From an uncultured delta proteobacterium (lineage in GTDB: Bacteria > Desulfobacterota > Desulfobulbia > Desulfobulbales > Desulfocapsaceae): a stretch of DNA of 64,000 nucleotides. The notes below the pieces were generated by a model. The model had not been told where the DNA came from, did no database searches, and worked only from the letters and a program-made list of their open reading frames with translations. The DNA is taken from positions 275,285 through 339,284 of the forward strand of contig CAVOLI010000007.1 in assembly GCA_963696725.1 (NCBI GenBank). The letters run 5' to 3'. This document shows positions 49,330 to 59,546 of this stretch, piece by piece. The position numbers and the translations under genes are program-made. Each line of letters starts with the position of its first letter. Position 1 is the first letter of the stretch.

Positions 49330-50079
49330 ATGACATCAACAGTACAGCTTGATCCCGATAGAATTCCAACCCATGTGGCCATTGTTATGGATGGTAACGG
49401 CAGATGGGCAAAAAAACACAAAAAACCAAGACTTTACGGACACAAGGTGGGTGCTGATTCTGTCCGTGACATTGTTGAGACCTCGGCTGAAATCGGCATC
49501 AGGCACCTGACGCTCTATGCATTTTCCTCTGAGAACTGGAAGAGGCCTCAATCGGAAGTATCAGGCCTCATGAATATCCTGAAATCGTATCTTGTTTCCG
49601 AACTGGAAAAGATGGAAAAAAACAGGATCCGCCTTCGTTGCCTGGGTGACAGGGAAAGGCTTCCCGCGGGCGTCAGGAAAGTTCTTGATGAATCCATTGA
49701 ACGTACTGCGGCTAATGACCGGCTGACACTGAACCTGGCCTTGAGCTATGGTGCCCGTGATGAAATCTGCATGGCAGTCAGGTCCATAGCCGCGCAATGC
49801 GCCAACCACAGATTACGCGTTGAGGATATCGATCACGATACGATTTCAAATCTGCTTTATACGGCGGGACAGCCGGACCCTGACCTGCTGATACGCACGG
49901 GCGGGGAGGCGCGTCTGTCCAATTTCCTCCTCTGGCAGGCCTCCTATGCGGAAATCTATTTTACCGACACCATGTGGCCGGAGTTCAGACGTGATGTCTT
50001 TTTGCTGGCGATTCAGGATTTTCAGAAACGTGAACGGCGATTTGGTAAAACAGGAGACCAGTTGAAAGGTGCTCAATAA
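49330..50079 (+). CDS. uppS: isoprenyl transferase (undecaprenyl diphosphate synthase)
   Basis: IPTHVAIVMDGNGRWAKK...GH..G; LTLYAFSSENW.RP; RTGGE.RLSNFLLWQ.SYAE. Confidence 0.95.
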   Translation: MTSTVQLDPDRIPTHVAIVMDGNGRWAKKHKKPRLYGHKVGADSVRDIVETSAEIGIRHLTLYAFSSENWKRPQSEVSGLMNILKSYLVSELEKMEKNRIRLRCLGDRERLPAGVRKVLDESIERTAANDRLTLNLALSYGARDEICMAVRSIAAQCANHRLRVEDIDHDTISNLLYTAGQPDPDLLIRTGGEARLSNFLLWQASYAEIYFTDTMWPEFRRDVFLLAIQDFQKRERRFGKTGDQLKGAQ

Positions 50080-50882
50080 TGACACGGACGGTCCCGGGAC
50101 TCCTTCTTGCCGCCGGCTGGTTGCTTCTTCTTCTGCTCGGCTCCTATCTGCTTTTCTGGGCGGCCATAGTTCTGGTTGGCATCATTGGTGGCCGTGAGTA
50201 TACCCGCATGGTTCTTCCGGATAATTTCAGTGGTGTTGATTATACCGTTATGTCCATCATCATCACTATTCCTATTCTGACAACTGCTTTTGCCGCTCGA
50301 CCTGTATTCCTTCTTTCGCCGGGAGTATTCCTGGCATTCTGCGTGATGGTCATCTTTACCATGTACCATTATCGCCGATTTGAAAATCCGTATGTCATCC
50401 TGATGAAAGGGGTACTGGGGATTTTTTTCATCGGCTTTCTTGCTTCGCACCTGGTAATGATTCGTGGCCTGGCTGATGGGGCCTGCTGGCTGGTTATTCT
50501 CACTGCAATCACTGCAGGCTCAGATACAGGCGCCTACTGGATAGGCTGCCGCTTCGGAAAACGCAGGCTCTGTCCAGCCATCAGCCCGAATAAAACAGTC
50601 GAGGGTGCTGCCGGCGGTTTTGCCGGGGCGGTCATAGCTGCGCTTTCTATGTATTTTCTTCTTGATGTTCAGTCTACAGTACTGACGATCCTGATGCTGG
50701 CGATCTTTCTGTCGATGGCCGGCATGGCCGGTGATCTCCTGGAGTCGATCATCAAAAGGGGCACCGGCACAAAAGATTCCGGGACCCTGCTGGGTGGACA
50801 CGGGGGAGTCCTCGACCGTGTTGATTCGCTGCTCCTTGCAGCTCCTTTTCTCTACTACATCCTTCTGTATCAGCGCTTCTGA
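50079..50882 (+). CDS. cdsA: phosphatidate cytidylyltransferase
   Basis: Multi-TM protein with the CDS signature [33 protein letters not shown] overlap with uppS. Confidence 0.92.
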   Translation: MTRTVPGLLLAAGWLLLLLLGSYLLFWAAIVLVGIIGGREYTRMVLPDNFSGVDYTVMSIIITIPILTTAFAARPVFLLSPGVFLAFCVMVIFTMYHYRRFENPYVILMKGVLGIFFIGFLASHLVMIRGLADGACWLVILTAITAGSDTGAYWIGCRFGKRRLCPAISPNKTVEGAAGGFAGAVIAALSMYFLLDVQSTVLTILMLAIFLSMAGMAGDLLESIIKRGTGTKDSGTLLGGHGGVLDRVDSLLLAAPFLYYILLYQRF

Positions 50883-52036
50883 TGAAAAAAATATCCCTTC
50901 TCGGGGCTACTGGCTCGATTGGAGTCAACGTCCTTAATATTGTCAGACAATTTCCGGATCGCTATAAAATTTTGGGACTTGCTGCAGGACGAAATATTGA
51001 ACTGCTGAGCAGACAGATTGCAGAGTTCACACCGCAGGTCGTTTCAGTAATCGACGAGGAGCATGCAGAAAAGCTTGCCCCCATGCTGCCTGGTTCCTGG
51101 GAAGGCGAAATAGTCTGGGGAACCGCAGGCAATATTGAGGTTGCAACCTGCCCCGAGGCGAGTATGACCGTCTCCGCCATGGTCGGAGCCGCAGGCCTGC
51201 TGCCGACCCTGGCTGCCGTGGAAGCGGGAAAGAATATCGGTCTTGCCAACAAGGAAACCCTCGTGGTTGCCGGCCGCCTGGTGATGCAGAAGGTCAGGGA
51301 ACACCGGGTGAGCCTTTTGCCGATCGATTCTGAACACAGTGCTGTCTTCCAGGCGCTTGAAGCGGGGCGAAAGGAAGATGTGGCAAAGATTATCCTGACC
51401 GCCTCGGGCGGCCCCTTTCTCTACCTGAGCAAAGAAGAGCTGCAGAACGTTACCCGGGAGCAGGCGTTGAATCACCCGAACTGGAGCATGGGTCCGAAGA
51501 TCAGTATAGACAGTGCAACATTGATGAACAAGGGGTTGGAGGTTATTGAGGCGCGCTGGCTGTTCGATATGGTACCGCGTTCCATCGAGGTTGTCGTGCA
51601 CCCGCAGTCAATTATTCACTCGCTGGTGGAATATCGAGACGGCTCGGTCGTCGCTCAACTGGGTATCCCCGACATGAAAATACCGATTGCCTATGCCCTT
51701 TCATTCCCTGAACGCATGTCCCTTGATCTGCCCTCGCTGAATCTTGGTCAATGCGGTAACCTTCAATTTCTGGAACCTGATTACGATCGTTTTCCCGCCC
51801 TGAGGCTTGCCTTTGAGGCACTTGAACGGGGAGGTGTCAGTGCGGCAGTGATGAATGGTGCAAATGAAGTGGCCGTCGCTGCCTTTCTGGACGGGCGGAT
51901 TGCTTTTCCTAAAATTTCAGCTGTTGTCGAGCAGACGATGGCCCGGATACAGGGCGGCAGTGATATTGTCCTGAATGATCTGCTGGAGGCTGACAAAAAT
52001 GCCCGCTTGACGGCAGATGGCTTACTTGGTGATTAG
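50882..52036 (+). CDS. dxr: 1-deoxy-D-xylulose 5-phosphate reductoisomerase
   Basis: [13 protein letters not shown]; LANKE.LV; DSEHSA.FQ; [26 protein letters not shown] overlap with cdsA. Confidence 0.96.
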   Translation: MKKISLLGATGSIGVNVLNIVRQFPDRYKILGLAAGRNIELLSRQIAEFTPQVVSVIDEEHAEKLAPMLPGSWEGEIVWGTAGNIEVATCPEASMTVSAMVGAAGLLPTLAAVEAGKNIGLANKETLVVAGRLVMQKVREHRVSLLPIDSEHSAVFQALEAGRKEDVAKIILTASGGPFLYLSKEELQNVTREQALNHPNWSMGPKISIDSATLMNKGLEVIEARWLFDMVPRSIEVVVHPQSIIHSLVEYRDGSVVAQLGIPDMKIPIAYALSFPERMSLDLPSLNLGQCGNLQFLEPDYDRFPALRLAFEALERGGVSAAVMNGANEVAVAAFLDGRIAFPKISAVVEQTMARIQGGSDIVLNDLLEADKNARLTADGLLGD

Positions 52037-52067
52037 TCCCCTTTGACCTTTAACAGAGTCGTTATTT

Positions 52068-53159
52068 ATGAATACAATTGTTTCATTTATTTTAGTTCTC
52101 GGTGTTCTCATTTTTGTGCATGAACTGGGTCACTTTCTCTTTGCAAAATTGTTCAGGGTAAAGGTGCTGAAGTTTTCCCTCGGGTTCGGCCCAAAAATAT
52201 ACAGCAGGATCGTTGGTGAAACGGAATACCTGATTTCGGCATTTCCTCTCGGCGGTTATGTGAAGATGTTTGGTGAGAATCCTGACGAGAAAGCTGACAG
52301 CGGGGCCGAGAATGAGCGCTCTTTCGCTCATAAGCCTGTCTGGAAGCGGTTTTCCATCGTTTTTGCCGGACCCCTTTTCAATATGCTCTTTTCGGTCTGT
52401 ATTTTCTTTTTTATTTTTCTCTTCATGGGGATTCCTGAAGACCAGGATTCGACCATGATCGGTGTCGTCAATGAGGGTTCTCCTGCCTATGAGGCGGGTA
52501 TTGAACCTGGTGATCGCATTCTTGAGATCGATCATCACCCTGTTGAGCAATGGCTCGATGTCCTGACCATGGTGAAAGAGAGCGATGGCCGGGAGCTGCT
52601 GTTCAAAGTCCTGCGGGATGGCAGTCAACGGGAGATTGCGGTTACGCCTGCAGTCGACAGTGTGGAGAATGTTTTCGGGGAGGAGGTCGAGCAGCGGTTC
52701 ATGATCGGAATTGTCAAGAAAGAGGCAATCGAGTATGTGCCCGTCGGGCCGTTTGGTGCCTTGAAAAATGCATTCTACCAGACCTGGATGTTTATCTATC
52801 TGACCTTTATGGGAGTTGTAAAAATCATCCAGAACGTCGTGCCGGCATCAGAACTTGGCGGGCCTATTCTCATCGCTCAGCTGGCAGGTGAGCAGGCACG
52901 TGCCGGCTGGCTTAATCTCTGTTATTTCATGGGGCTTCTCAGTGTCAACCTCGGAATTTTAAACCTCCTGCCAATTCCGGTACTGGACGGCGGGCATCTC
53001 GTTTTTCTGACGATTGAAGGAATTACCCGCAGACCGGTCAGTGAGCGCATCCAGATCCTGGCGCAGCAGGTTGGCATTGCGTTGCTCGGTACGCTCATGA
53101 TCTTCGTGTTCTACAACGATATTGTCAGGGTATTTACACAATGGCAGACGACACCCTGA
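52068..53159 (+). CDS. rseP: RIP metalloprotease RseP (site-2 protease)
   Basis: HELGHF zinc motif, one PDZ domain (SPAYEAGIEPGDRILEI), NLLPIPVLDGGH motif, TM helices. Confidence 0.93.
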   Translation: MNTIVSFILVLGVLIFVHELGHFLFAKLFRVKVLKFSLGFGPKIYSRIVGETEYLISAFPLGGYVKMFGENPDEKADSGAENERSFAHKPVWKRFSIVFAGPLFNMLFSVCIFFFIFLFMGIPEDQDSTMIGVVNEGSPAYEAGIEPGDRILEIDHHPVEQWLDVLTMVKESDGRELLFKVLRDGSQREIAVTPAVDSVENVFGEEVEQRFMIGIVKKEAIEYVPVGPFGALKNAFYQTWMFIYLTFMGVVKIIQNVVPASELGGPILIAQLAGEQARAGWLNLCYFMGLLSVNLGILNLLPIPVLDGGHLVFLTIEGITRRPVSERIQILAQQVGIALLGTLMIFVFYNDIVRVFTQWQTTP

Positions 53160-53851
53160 TTCTCGCGCTTGATACGGCAACGCCACAGTGCTCGGTGGCC
53201 TTGACCTCCGGAGGTCCAGCGGATGGAACAGTGATCGCCTCCCGATCCCTTGGCCCGGGTGTCACCCATTCCAGGCGTTTACTGTCATCGATTGATCAGC
53301 TGCTCTCGCAATCGTCTCGGGCACCGGCTGCGCTTTCGGCAATTGCGGTCGGTCTCGGCCCCGGAAGTTTCACCGGTCTGAGAATCGGTATGGCCACAGC
53401 AAAAGGGTTGGCCCATGGCGCCGGGAAAGTGCTCATCGGTATTTCATCGCTGGATGCGATTGCTGCCGTCATAAGGGATGAGCGCTTGATCTGTGTCCTG
53501 CTTGATGCCCGGAAAAATGAGGTATATGGGAGATTTTACCGGGCGGATGACGAGGGTATTGCCAGGCCCTGCTCTGAACACGCAGTATCTGCTCCTGCTA
53601 AAATTGCCGAACAGATCAACGAACCGGTCATTATGGCAGGTGACGGGGTTGATGTTTATAGTGAGCAGCTAAAAGAGGTGTTAGGGAGCAAAATGGTGCA
53701 GTCAGCTGTTCTCTATCCGCCTGCTGAGATGATCGGTTTTTTGGCCGATGAACAGTACAGAAACGGCCGTTTTCTTGATATTGGTGCAGCCGAGCCGCTC
53801 TATGTCCGGGCCTCTGACGCGGAATTGAGCCTGATTCGGTCTGGACAGTAG
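53141..53851 (+). CDS. tsaB: tRNA N6-threonylcarbamoyladenosine biosynthesis protein TsaB
   Basis: ILALDTATPQCSVAL...; GPGSFTGLRIG.A.AKGLA. Overlaps the rseP end by 19 nt. Confidence 0.88.
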   Translation: MADDTLILALDTATPQCSVALTSGGPADGTVIASRSLGPGVTHSRRLLSSIDQLLSQSSRAPAALSAIAVGLGPGSFTGLRIGMATAKGLAHGAGKVLIGISSLDAIAAVIRDERLICVLLDARKNEVYGRFYRADDEGIARPCSEHAVSAPAKIAEQINEPVIMAGDGVDVYSEQLKEVLGSKMVQSAVLYPPAEMIGFLADEQYRNGRFLDIGAAEPLYVRASDAELSLIRSGQ

Positions 53852-53889
53852 ATTTCATCCGGCAAGACCATGCTGCGGTAACGGATACG

Positions 53890-54975
53890 ATGATAAAACG
53901 ACGAAAAACCAGACAGATCATGGTTGGCGATGTGCTCATCGGCGGGGGTGCTGACATTGCTGTACAGTCCATGACCAATACCAGTACCGCGGATGTGCAG
54001 GCAACGGTAGAGCAGATTCAGGCATTGGAGCGGGGCGGATGTGAAATCATACGGGTCGCTGTACCGGATCTTGAATCGGCAGGTGCGCTCAGGAGTATCA
54101 GGGATCAGACGTCAATACCGCTTATCGCCGACATTCATTTTGACTGGCGACTTGCCGTAGCCGCGGTCGAGCACGGAGCCCAGGGCATACGAATAAATCC
54201 CGGGAATCTGGGTGGTCGGGAAAAGCTTGCAAACGTCGTGGATGCCGCCAGGATGCATGGTGTGCCGATCCGGGTCGGAGTAAACAGCGGATCGATAGAG
54301 AAGGATTTGCTCAGAGATTTTGGCTATCCGACAGCCGATCGCCCGAAATCACTGATCGAGAGCGCGCTGCGCAATGTCAGACTGCTTGAGAAACTGAAGT
54401 TTAAGGCTATCAAGATTTCAATCAAGTCGGCAGATGTCCTGACAACCATAAACGGCTACCGTCAGCTTTCCGCCCAGACCGACTACCCGCTGCATATCGG
54501 GGTTACCGAGGCTGGAGGGCTGATCGCCGGTACGGTGAAATCAAGTGTTGCTCTTGGCATATTATTGTTCGAGGGTATTGGTGACACGTTCAGGATCTCT
54601 CTAACCCGGGATCCGCTCGAGGAGGTGCGGGTCGGTTTTGAGCTCCTCCGTTCCCTGAGGATCAGAGAGCGGGGTCCGGAGCTTATCTCCTGTCCTACCT
54701 GCGGAAGAACCCAGATAAATCTTTTTTCATTGGCGGAGGAAGTGGAGAAGTTTATCCAGACCATGGAGTCGCCGCTCAAGGTTGCGGTGATGGGATGTGC
54801 CGTCAATGGCCCTGGGGAAGCCCGGGAGGCCGATATCGGTGTTGCCGGAGGCCGCGGAGTCGGCATCATTTTCAAGAAAGGAGAACTCTTTAAAACAGTG
54901 AGTGAAGATCAATTGCTGTCGGTCTTTATGGCAGAATTGCAGAAAATGGAGCAGGAACGGATAAAATCTTGTTAA
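53890..54975 (+). CDS. ispG: 4-hydroxy-3-methylbut-2-en-1-yl diphosphate synthase (flavodoxin)
   Basis: RRKTRQIMVGDV.IGG.A.I.VQSMTNT; RINPGN; SCPTCGRT; MGC.VNGPGE. Confidence 0.96.
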   Translation: MIKRRKTRQIMVGDVLIGGGADIAVQSMTNTSTADVQATVEQIQALERGGCEIIRVAVPDLESAGALRSIRDQTSIPLIADIHFDWRLAVAAVEHGAQGIRINPGNLGGREKLANVVDAARMHGVPIRVGVNSGSIEKDLLRDFGYPTADRPKSLIESALRNVRLLEKLKFKAIKISIKSADVLTTINGYRQLSAQTDYPLHIGVTEAGGLIAGTVKSSVALGILLFEGIGDTFRISLTRDPLEEVRVGFELLRSLRIRERGPELISCPTCGRTQINLFSLAEEVEKFIQTMESPLKVAVMGCAVNGPGEAREADIGVAGGRGVGIIFKKGELFKTVSEDQLLSVFMAELQKMEQERIKSC

Positions 54976-54979
54976 CTAT

Positions 54980-55008
54980 TTGAAATAGCAGTTTATTTGT
55001 GTTATATT
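54980..55008 (+). promoter_or_regulatory. sigma70-type promoter for proS (TTGAAA-17-TATATT)
   Basis: TTGAAA at 54980-54985, a 17-nt spacer, TATATT at 55003-55008. It lies about 60 nt upstream of the proS ATG. Confidence 0.4.
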
Positions 55009-55066
55009 TTGAGTAGTAATAAATGGCCCGACAGGTGCTCATAACCAATAATGTGTGTAGGATAAA

Positions 55067-56782
55067 ATGCGCTATTCCCAGATATTGATTCCGACGTTGA
55101 AGGAAGTGCCGGCCGAGGCGGAGGTGGTCAGTCACAGATTGATGCTGCGGGCAGGTTTTATGAGAAAACTGACTGCAGGTGTTTATACCTATCTTCCCTA
55201 TGGCCTGGCGGCGATCCGCAGAGTCGAGAACATTGTTCGGGAAGAGATGAACCGGGCTGGGGCACAGGAAATGAAAATGCCGATGGTCCAACCCGCCGAC
55301 CTCTGGCAGGAAAGCGGCCGCTATGTAAAGTACGGCCCTGAACTCCTGAGATTTACCGATCGTCACGAGCGTGAGTCCTGCCTCGGGCCGACCCATGAAG
55401 AAGTGATTACCGATATTGCCCGCAAGGAGATTCATTCGTATCGCGACCTGCCGGTAAATCTCTATCAGGTGCAGACCAAATTCCGTGATGAGATCAGGCC
55501 GCGGTTCGGACTCATGCGCGGTCGGGAATTCATCATGAAAGACGCCTACTCCTTTGATGTGAGCGACGAGGCTGCGGAGCTTTCATACCAGAAAATGTAT
55601 GAGGCATATAACCGGATCTTCCAGCGCTGCGATCTGGATTTCAGGTGTGTGGAGGCTGATTCCGGTACGATCGGCGGCAGTTTCTCTCATGAGTTCATGG
55701 TCCTTGCCGAAACGGGAGAGGACACGATCGTTGTCTGTGACGCCTGCAGCTATGCAGCCAACATGGAAAAAGCGGTGATCAGACTGAGCACAGATCTTGT
55801 CAATGATACACCCGGCGAGATGACGAAAATAGAAACGCCAGGTAAAAGAAAGGTTGAGGCGGTCTGTGAATTTCTCAACATCACCCCCGAGCAACTGGTA
55901 AAAACGCTTGTTTTTATCGGTGATGATACTCCTGTTGCCGTGCTTGTCAGGGGTGATCGGGAAATCGAAGAGGTGAAACTGAAAAATTATCTTGGCGTTT
56001 CTGATCTCAGGATGGCCGATGACAAGGAAACATTTACAGCAACAGGCGTTCCTTCCGGGTATCTCGGCCCGATAGGTATCGGGATTCGATTGCTGGCAGA
56101 TCAGGAAGTCATGCAGATGGTCAATTTTACTGTTGGGGCCAATGAGAAAAATTTTCATTTCCAGAATACCAACAGCGGCAGGGATTTCAGTATTGGTGAG
56201 GTCGGCGATTTCAGGCAGATCTGCGAGAGCGACCTCTGCCCTTCCTGTGGTGGCGCAATCAGGCTTGTCCAAGGCATTGAGGTCGGGCACATTTTCAAGC
56301 TCGGAACCGGTTATTCAGAATCGATGAGAGCATATTTCCAGGACAGGGACGGCAGCGAAAAACCGCTTGTCATGGGATGTTACGGTATTGGCGTCAGTCG
56401 TATTGTGGCCGCGGCAATTGAGCAGAATCATGACGATAACGGTATTATTTTCCCGGCGCCGCTTGCGCCCTACCAGGTAACGGTTCTGAATCTCGGCATG
56501 AAGGATGAAACGATTTGCGAGGCGGTTGAAACGATATACATGCAGTTGAAAGCGGGGGGAATCGACGTCTTTCTTGATGATCGTGATGAACGGCCCGGAG
56601 TGAAATTCAAGGACGCAGACCTGCTTGGATTTCCCCTTCGTGTTACCGTCGGCAAGCGTTACAGCGAAAATGGCATGATCGAAGTCCGCAGGCGAGGCGA
56701 CGGTTTCACGGAAGAAACAACCCTTAACGATCTGGTGAGCCTGGTCAAAAGACGCCTTGCCGGCAAAGCAATACCCATTTAA
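55067..56782 (+). CDS. proS: proline--tRNA ligase (bacterial type with editing domain)
   Basis: MRYSQILIPTLKEVPAEAEVVSHRLMLRAGF.RKL.AG.Y; class II motifs (FRDE.RPRFGLMR.REF.MKDAYSF; GCYGIGVSR). 571 aa. Confidence 0.96.
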   Translation: MRYSQILIPTLKEVPAEAEVVSHRLMLRAGFMRKLTAGVYTYLPYGLAAIRRVENIVREEMNRAGAQEMKMPMVQPADLWQESGRYVKYGPELLRFTDRHERESCLGPTHEEVITDIARKEIHSYRDLPVNLYQVQTKFRDEIRPRFGLMRGREFIMKDAYSFDVSDEAAELSYQKMYEAYNRIFQRCDLDFRCVEADSGTIGGSFSHEFMVLAETGEDTIVVCDACSYAANMEKAVIRLSTDLVNDTPGEMTKIETPGKRKVEAVCEFLNITPEQLVKTLVFIGDDTPVAVLVRGDREIEEVKLKNYLGVSDLRMADDKETFTATGVPSGYLGPIGIGIRLLADQEVMQMVNFTVGANEKNFHFQNTNSGRDFSIGEVGDFRQICESDLCPSCGGAIRLVQGIEVGHIFKLGTGYSESMRAYFQDRDGSEKPLVMGCYGIGVSRIVAAAIEQNHDDNGIIFPAPLAPYQVTVLNLGMKDETICEAVETIYMQLKAGGIDVFLDDRDERPGVKFKDADLLGFPLRVTVGKRYSENGMIEVRRRGDGFTEETTLNDLVSLVKRRLAGKAIPI

Positions 56783-56794
56783 ACCCGGTTTTTT

Positions 56795-58975
56795 ATGCAT
56801 TCGTCAATGGTAAATCCGAGCGGCCTGAAGGTGTTGGCTGCCAATTATCTTCATGACGTAGACCTGGCTCCGATAGATCGAGCCTGGGCTCTGGCCGAAG
56901 ATGTGCACCGGGGAGGCAAGCATTTTTCGGGGGAGCCCTATCTCATTCACGCCCTGGAGGTTGCCTCGACGCTTGCGTCGATGCACCTTGATCTTGACAC
57001 GATTCTCGGCGGGCTGCTGCATGGAGTCCTGAAAAACGGGGTCACCGCCGCCGAACTGGAAAAACAATTCGGCAAAGATGTTGCCCTTATTGTCAGCGGC
57101 ACCACAAAGATTACCAGCGTCCAATTTAACAACAGGCTGACAAGCCAGTCTGAAAACATCAGGAAAATGCTGCTGGCTATGGCCGCAGATATCCGGGTCC
57201 TGCTTGTTCGACTTATTGACCGGCTGCAGGACATGCTGCTGCTCGAACTGGTGGATCGGGATACCCAGCGTTATGTTGCCCGTGAGACCATGGACCTCTA
57301 TGCACCTCTTGCCAGCAGGCTCGGAATCGACTGGCTGAAACGGCAGCTTGAAGATTTTTCCTTTCAATTTTTATATCCAGCTGAGTTTGAAGATCTAAGC
57401 AAGAGACTCGAGAGTTCACTTGGCGAGCGCGAGCGCTATGTGGATGAGGTGATCTCTATTCTCTATGACAAGCTCCATGCCGGCGATGTCCAGCCGACCC
57501 GCATCATCGGCAGACCCAAACACATTTATTCCATCTACAAGAAACTGGTTGCCCAGAATATCCCGCTAGAGCGGGTTTACGACAAGGTTGCATTCAGGAT
57601 TATCGTTGATACGGTTAATGAATGCTATGAATCACTGGGGATCATACATGCAAACTGGTCTCCGATTCCCGGGAGGATAAAGGATTTCATTTCCGTACCC
57701 AAGTCGAATAACTACCAGTCAATGCACACCACGGTTATCGGTCCCCGTGATCATTTTATCGAGATTCAGATACGGACCGAAGATATGGACCGTACAGCCC
57801 AGGAAGGTGTTGCCGCGCACTGGGCTTACAAGGAAGGGCAGAAAGTCAACGAGAAAGATGCCAGGCTGTTCAGGAATCTGAAAACGCTGGTTAATTCCCT
57901 GCAGGAGGTTGAAGATCCCCGGGAATTTCTTGAACAGGTTCGTGGAGAGCTCTATGACCCCGATGTCTATGCCCTGACCCCGAATGGAGAGGTGAAGGAG
58001 TTTCCAGCACTGAGCTGCCCGATCGATTTTGCCTACTCAATCCACACGGAAGTGGGTGATCACTGCACCGGGGCAAAGGTTAACGGCCGCCTGGTACCCC
58101 TGAAATATCAAATGCAGAATGGTGATATCGTAGAAATTATCACCTCTCCCAGCCAGCGCCCCCGGAGAGGATGGCTGGATTTTGTCAAGACCAGCAGAGC
58201 CCGCACCAGGATACGCTCATGGCTTCGCCGGGAGCAGAAAGAGAAGGGGCTGAGGCTCGGCAGGGAGATCTGCGAGCGGGAACTGAAGAAGCATGACCTG
58301 ACCCTGAAGCGGATGATCAAGAGCGGTCATATAAAAGTGCTGCTCAAAACACTCCGCTGCAACGCCCTCGATGATATGCTCATTAAGGTCGGCAGTGGCG
58401 CCATCACCATACAGAATCTGGTAAAAGCCCTTAATCCGCCGGATATGGCCGCAGATCATGAGGCAACAGCCACCGAACTGAGGCCGGAGGAAATGGCTGC
58501 GGCAATGGTCAGTGGCCAGCGAACAGGTGTTGCCGGCGGCGGTTCGGTCGTCCAGATTGACGGCATAGATGACATGCTGGTAAAAATCAGCCAGTGCTGT
58601 AATCCGGTGCCCGGAGATCTCATTGTCGGATTTATAACCACCGGCCGTGGGGTTTCAGTTCACAAGGCCGATTGCCAGAACCTGTTGAGCACTGATCCGC
58701 AACGCTGGATGGAGGTTTTCTGGAGCAATACCGACAGTCTGCAATATCGGGCTGAACTGCATCTGATCACCGAGAACAACAAGGGCATATTTGCAGAGAT
58801 CAGCTCTGCTATTGGATCGGACAACGCCTCCATCATAGAGATTTCCGCTCATACTACTCCAACCGATACGGTTGATTTTTTCATCGCGGTTGAAGTCAAA
58901 AACCTTGATCACCTTCAACTGCTTCTTCAGCATCTGCGTCAGATGGAGCATGTGATATCTGTTCGCCGTTCCTGA
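56795..58975 (+). CDS. rel: bifunctional (p)ppGpp synthetase / pyrophosphohydrolase (RelA/SpoT family)
   Basis: HD hydrolase domain (SGEPYLIHALEVA..L...LD..T...GLLHGV), synthetase domain (GRPKHIYSIYKKL, YQSMHTTV), TGS and ACT domains. 726 aa. Confidence 0.95.
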   Translation: MHSSMVNPSGLKVLAANYLHDVDLAPIDRAWALAEDVHRGGKHFSGEPYLIHALEVASTLASMHLDLDTILGGLLHGVLKNGVTAAELEKQFGKDVALIVSGTTKITSVQFNNRLTSQSENIRKMLLAMAADIRVLLVRLIDRLQDMLLLELVDRDTQRYVARETMDLYAPLASRLGIDWLKRQLEDFSFQFLYPAEFEDLSKRLESSLGERERYVDEVISILYDKLHAGDVQPTRIIGRPKHIYSIYKKLVAQNIPLERVYDKVAFRIIVDTVNECYESLGIIHANWSPIPGRIKDFISVPKSNNYQSMHTTVIGPRDHFIEIQIRTEDMDRTAQEGVAAHWAYKEGQKVNEKDARLFRNLKTLVNSLQEVEDPREFLEQVRGELYDPDVYALTPNGEVKEFPALSCPIDFAYSIHTEVGDHCTGAKVNGRLVPLKYQMQNGDIVEIITSPSQRPRRGWLDFVKTSRARTRIRSWLRREQKEKGLRLGREICERELKKHDLTLKRMIKSGHIKVLLKTLRCNALDDMLIKVGSGAITIQNLVKALNPPDMAADHEATATELRPEEMAAAMVSGQRTGVAGGGSVVQIDGIDDMLVKISQCCNPVPGDLIVGFITTGRGVSVHKADCQNLLSTDPQRWMEVFWSNTDSLQYRAELHLITENNKGIFAEISSAIGSDNASIIEISAHTTPTDTVDFFIAVEVKNLDHLQLLLQHLRQMEHVISVRRS

Positions 58976-59439
58976 TGAAAACACGCGTGAAGATAGTCTG
59001 CCCCACCTGTGGAAACACGGTAGAGCCCTTCCTTTCCAGGTGCGTATTTTGCGATACAGCTATCCAGAGCAGCTCAGTCCCCGTCCAAAAACCAAAACTG
59101 CTGCACAAAAGGGTGAATCTGGAATATGGTCGGCCCGTGGTTGAGTCAGCATTGAAGCGAATGCGCACCGAACTCGAGTCGGCGCAGCTGACCGGTGTCA
59201 GTGTCCTCACACTGATTCACGGGTACGGATCTTCCGGCAGAGGCGGAAAAATCAGGATCGAATGCCGTAAGTCGTTAGATTTTCTGCAGCAAAGCGGCAT
59301 GATAAAATCCGTTATTCATGGTGAAGCTTTTCACCGCCGATCAGGTCTGGGAAAATCACTGGTAAGGCAGTATCCCGATCTGAGCCTGCTTTGCAAATCA
59401 GACTTTAATAATCCGGGAATAACTGTAGTTGTATTTTAA
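58975..59439 (+). CDS. Smr-domain protein with N-terminal zinc-ribbon
   Basis: N-terminal CPTCG...CVFC ribbon. The C-terminal region resembles Smr (LTLIHGYGSSGRGGKIR = HGxG motif), but the usual LDLHG motif reads VNLEYG. The ATG overlaps the rel TGA (TGATG). Confidence 0.7.
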   Translation: MKTRVKIVCPTCGNTVEPFLSRCVFCDTAIQSSSVPVQKPKLLHKRVNLEYGRPVVESALKRMRTELESAQLTGVSVLTLIHGYGSSGRGGKIRIECRKSLDFLQQSGMIKSVIHGEAFHRRSGLGKSLVRQYPDLSLLCKSDFNNPGITVVVF

Positions 59440-59546
59440 TATCTGGCGTGTATGATGGTTTCCTACACCGCACCTGCATGTTGTTGAGAAACTCAGGTCA
59501 GAAAGTGTTTTCACAAGAGAGAAACATTACCTAGCAAGGAGTTGAA

